Assembly (NCBI GenBank): GCA_040902005.1
Contig: JBBDYA010000108.1
Span: forward strand, 1 to 16,318
Direction: 5' to 3'
From: Gemmatimonadaceae bacterium
GTDB taxonomy: Bacteria > Gemmatimonadota > Gemmatimonadetes > Gemmatimonadales > Gemmatimonadaceae
DNA length: 16,318 nt
The translations under genes and the position numbers were made by a program. The notes beneath the pieces are model-generated. The model made no database searches and was not told where the DNA came from. It was given only the letters and a program-made list of their open reading frames with translations. This document shows positions 15,167-16,318 of this stretch, in pieces (the first letter of the stretch is position 1; each line of letters starts with the position of its first letter).

Positions 15167-16132
15167 CTATTCGTACGCGGCTATGGACGACATGGCGGCG
15201 ACCGCGGCTGCCACAACTGGGCCGCCTCTAAACCCGCCGGCGAAGCCAGTAGCGTCCGCAAGCGCAACAGCTCTCGCGTTCTTGTTGAACTTGAACAGGA
15301 AATAGTAATCCATGAACGTCCCCACCCAGTGGTACTGACGCCTGAAGACCGACATCGGGTCCTCGGGCGGATTGTCGCCACCGCCCCCGCCACCCCAGTT
15401 GCCTGAATCCCAGTGCGCTTGCCATTCGAGAAGGGAGCTGAGCGCCAGCTGGGCGTTCGCGATGAGGAAATCAAACTCGGAGGTGGTCAGCGAGCCTTCC
15501 GACGCCACGATGACCTCGTTCATCGCTTTTACGATCTCGCTGCCGGTACTGCCAGAGTTCCCGAAGGTCGTGACCAGCACGTCGAGCTGGGTTTCGAGCA
15601 TGGAACCGCGCTGGGCTGTCGCACCGACGATCCCGGCGTTCCCGAGAACGGGCGGCGTCGGGAAAATGCTCATCGAGGATGGGCGAAGCGCGGCGGCGTA
15701 GGCTGTACACCGTCCACCAGCATTCAGGCCCTGTACAACCGTTTGCATGTTGTCGTGGTTCGAACCCGCTGGCCTGCCATTCGCAACATTCGCCTTGGCA
15801 GCGTACTTGAAGCCAAGCCGCATGGCCTGTTCGCAGATGCGTTGACGGTTGCCGCGGTCTCGCTTGGGCCATGCGTTGCGCTCGGCAATCGCTTCACGTA
15901 TGGCTTCGGTATGCAACCGCGAGACCCATGCATAGCGAGTCTCAGCGGCGCGAATCCTATCTCCCAACGCCGCGCTCCCTGTGAAGTAGGGTGTATCGAG
16001 CACGATGAGGTGCACGGGCAACGGGGGCCGTGCCGAGACCGCGGTTGGCCCTTGATCACCAACGTTGCACGCGTAGGTAGCAGCCGTAGCCGCGACCAGC
16101 AGTATTCCTGCGCCTACCCTGAATATGGACAT
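15167..16132 (-). CDS. Lipoprotein (~321 aa) with a Gly linker and a C-terminal Gly/Ala hydrophobic tail; candidate surface toxin/bacteriocin precursor
   Basis: GAGG 6 nt before ATG 16132. Signal MSIFRVGAGILLVAATAATYA-C, helical body, LALSSLLEW, WGGGGGGDNPPEDP linker, tail AVALADATGFAGGFRGGPVVAAAVAAMSSIAAYE. The function is inference. Confidence 0.8.
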   Translation of the reverse strand: MSIFRVGAGILLVAATAATYACNVGDQGPTAVSARPPLPVHLIVLDTPYFTGSAALGDRIRAAETRYAWVSRLHTEAIREAIAERNAWPKRDRGNRQRICEQAMRLGFKYAAKANVANGRPAGSNHDNMQTVVQGLNAGGRCTAYAAALRPSSMSIFPTPPVLGNAGIVGATAQRGSMLETQLDVLVTTFGNSGSTGSEIVKAMNEVIVASEGSLTTSEFDFLIANAQLALSSLLEWQAHWDSGNWGGGGGGDNPPEDPMSVFRRQYHWVGTFMDYYFLFKFNKNARAVALADATGFAGGFRGGPVVAAAVAAMSSIAAYE

Positions 16133-16260
16133 CATCAACCTCTGCCAATTGAAATGTGAGACGCCACGCGCACCTGTGCGCCGGCCGTCACCGGTGAGCT
16201 ATGCAGCGGAGTCATCGCGGCGTCATCGCCAGGCGCCATCGCGTCACGCGGATCGTCGGT

Positions 16261-16318
16261 GTTCTCGGCGGGGGCCGCTGCGTTGCCGTTCTCGGCGGGG
16301 GCCGCAAAGAACGTTTGC
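16261..16318 (+). repeat. REP-like cluster truncated by the window end
   Basis: GTTCTCGGCGGGGGCCGC at 16261 and 16288 (27-bp period). The second copy starts a hairpin (GCAAA-GAACG-TTTGC) that runs off the end. Confidence 0.8.

Noticed and set aside
13526..16260. Prophage, IS or integrative element
   Set aside because: No integrase, transposase, phage gene, tRNA target or terminal inverted repeats are visible; only the composition shift supports a foreign origin.

Overview
High-GC (~70%) bacterial DNA; the gene content suggests Gemmatimonadota or Acidobacteriota (inference). The left part (1-13525) holds an F420/NADP oxidoreductase, two divergently oriented PadR + duplicated-orphan-permease (ADOP) units with a small lipoprotein between them, a secreted beta-rich protein, an autoregulated ArsR-SRPBCC pair, a Tat-exported class V PLP enzyme, a lipoprotein, a DUF2007 protein, a small ferredoxin-fold-like ORF coupled to an HxSNG (OMPLA-like) protein, and a 76-aa extremely basic peptide. 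The right part (~13560-16160) is a lower-GC minus-strand four-gene cassette. It encodes a 321-aa lipoprotein ending in a Gly/Ala hydrophobic tail, a 52-aa two-helix membrane protein missing from the ORF track, a 4-TM membrane protein and a CPBP/Abi intramembrane protease. This is the best candidate for an undescribed surface-toxin/bacteriocin-like system with immunity and processing genes. A modular REP/BIME-like repeat family (GTTCTCGG + GC hairpin) occurs 14 times in intergenic DNA, including at both ends of the window. All product calls come from motifs read by eye; no database searches were run.
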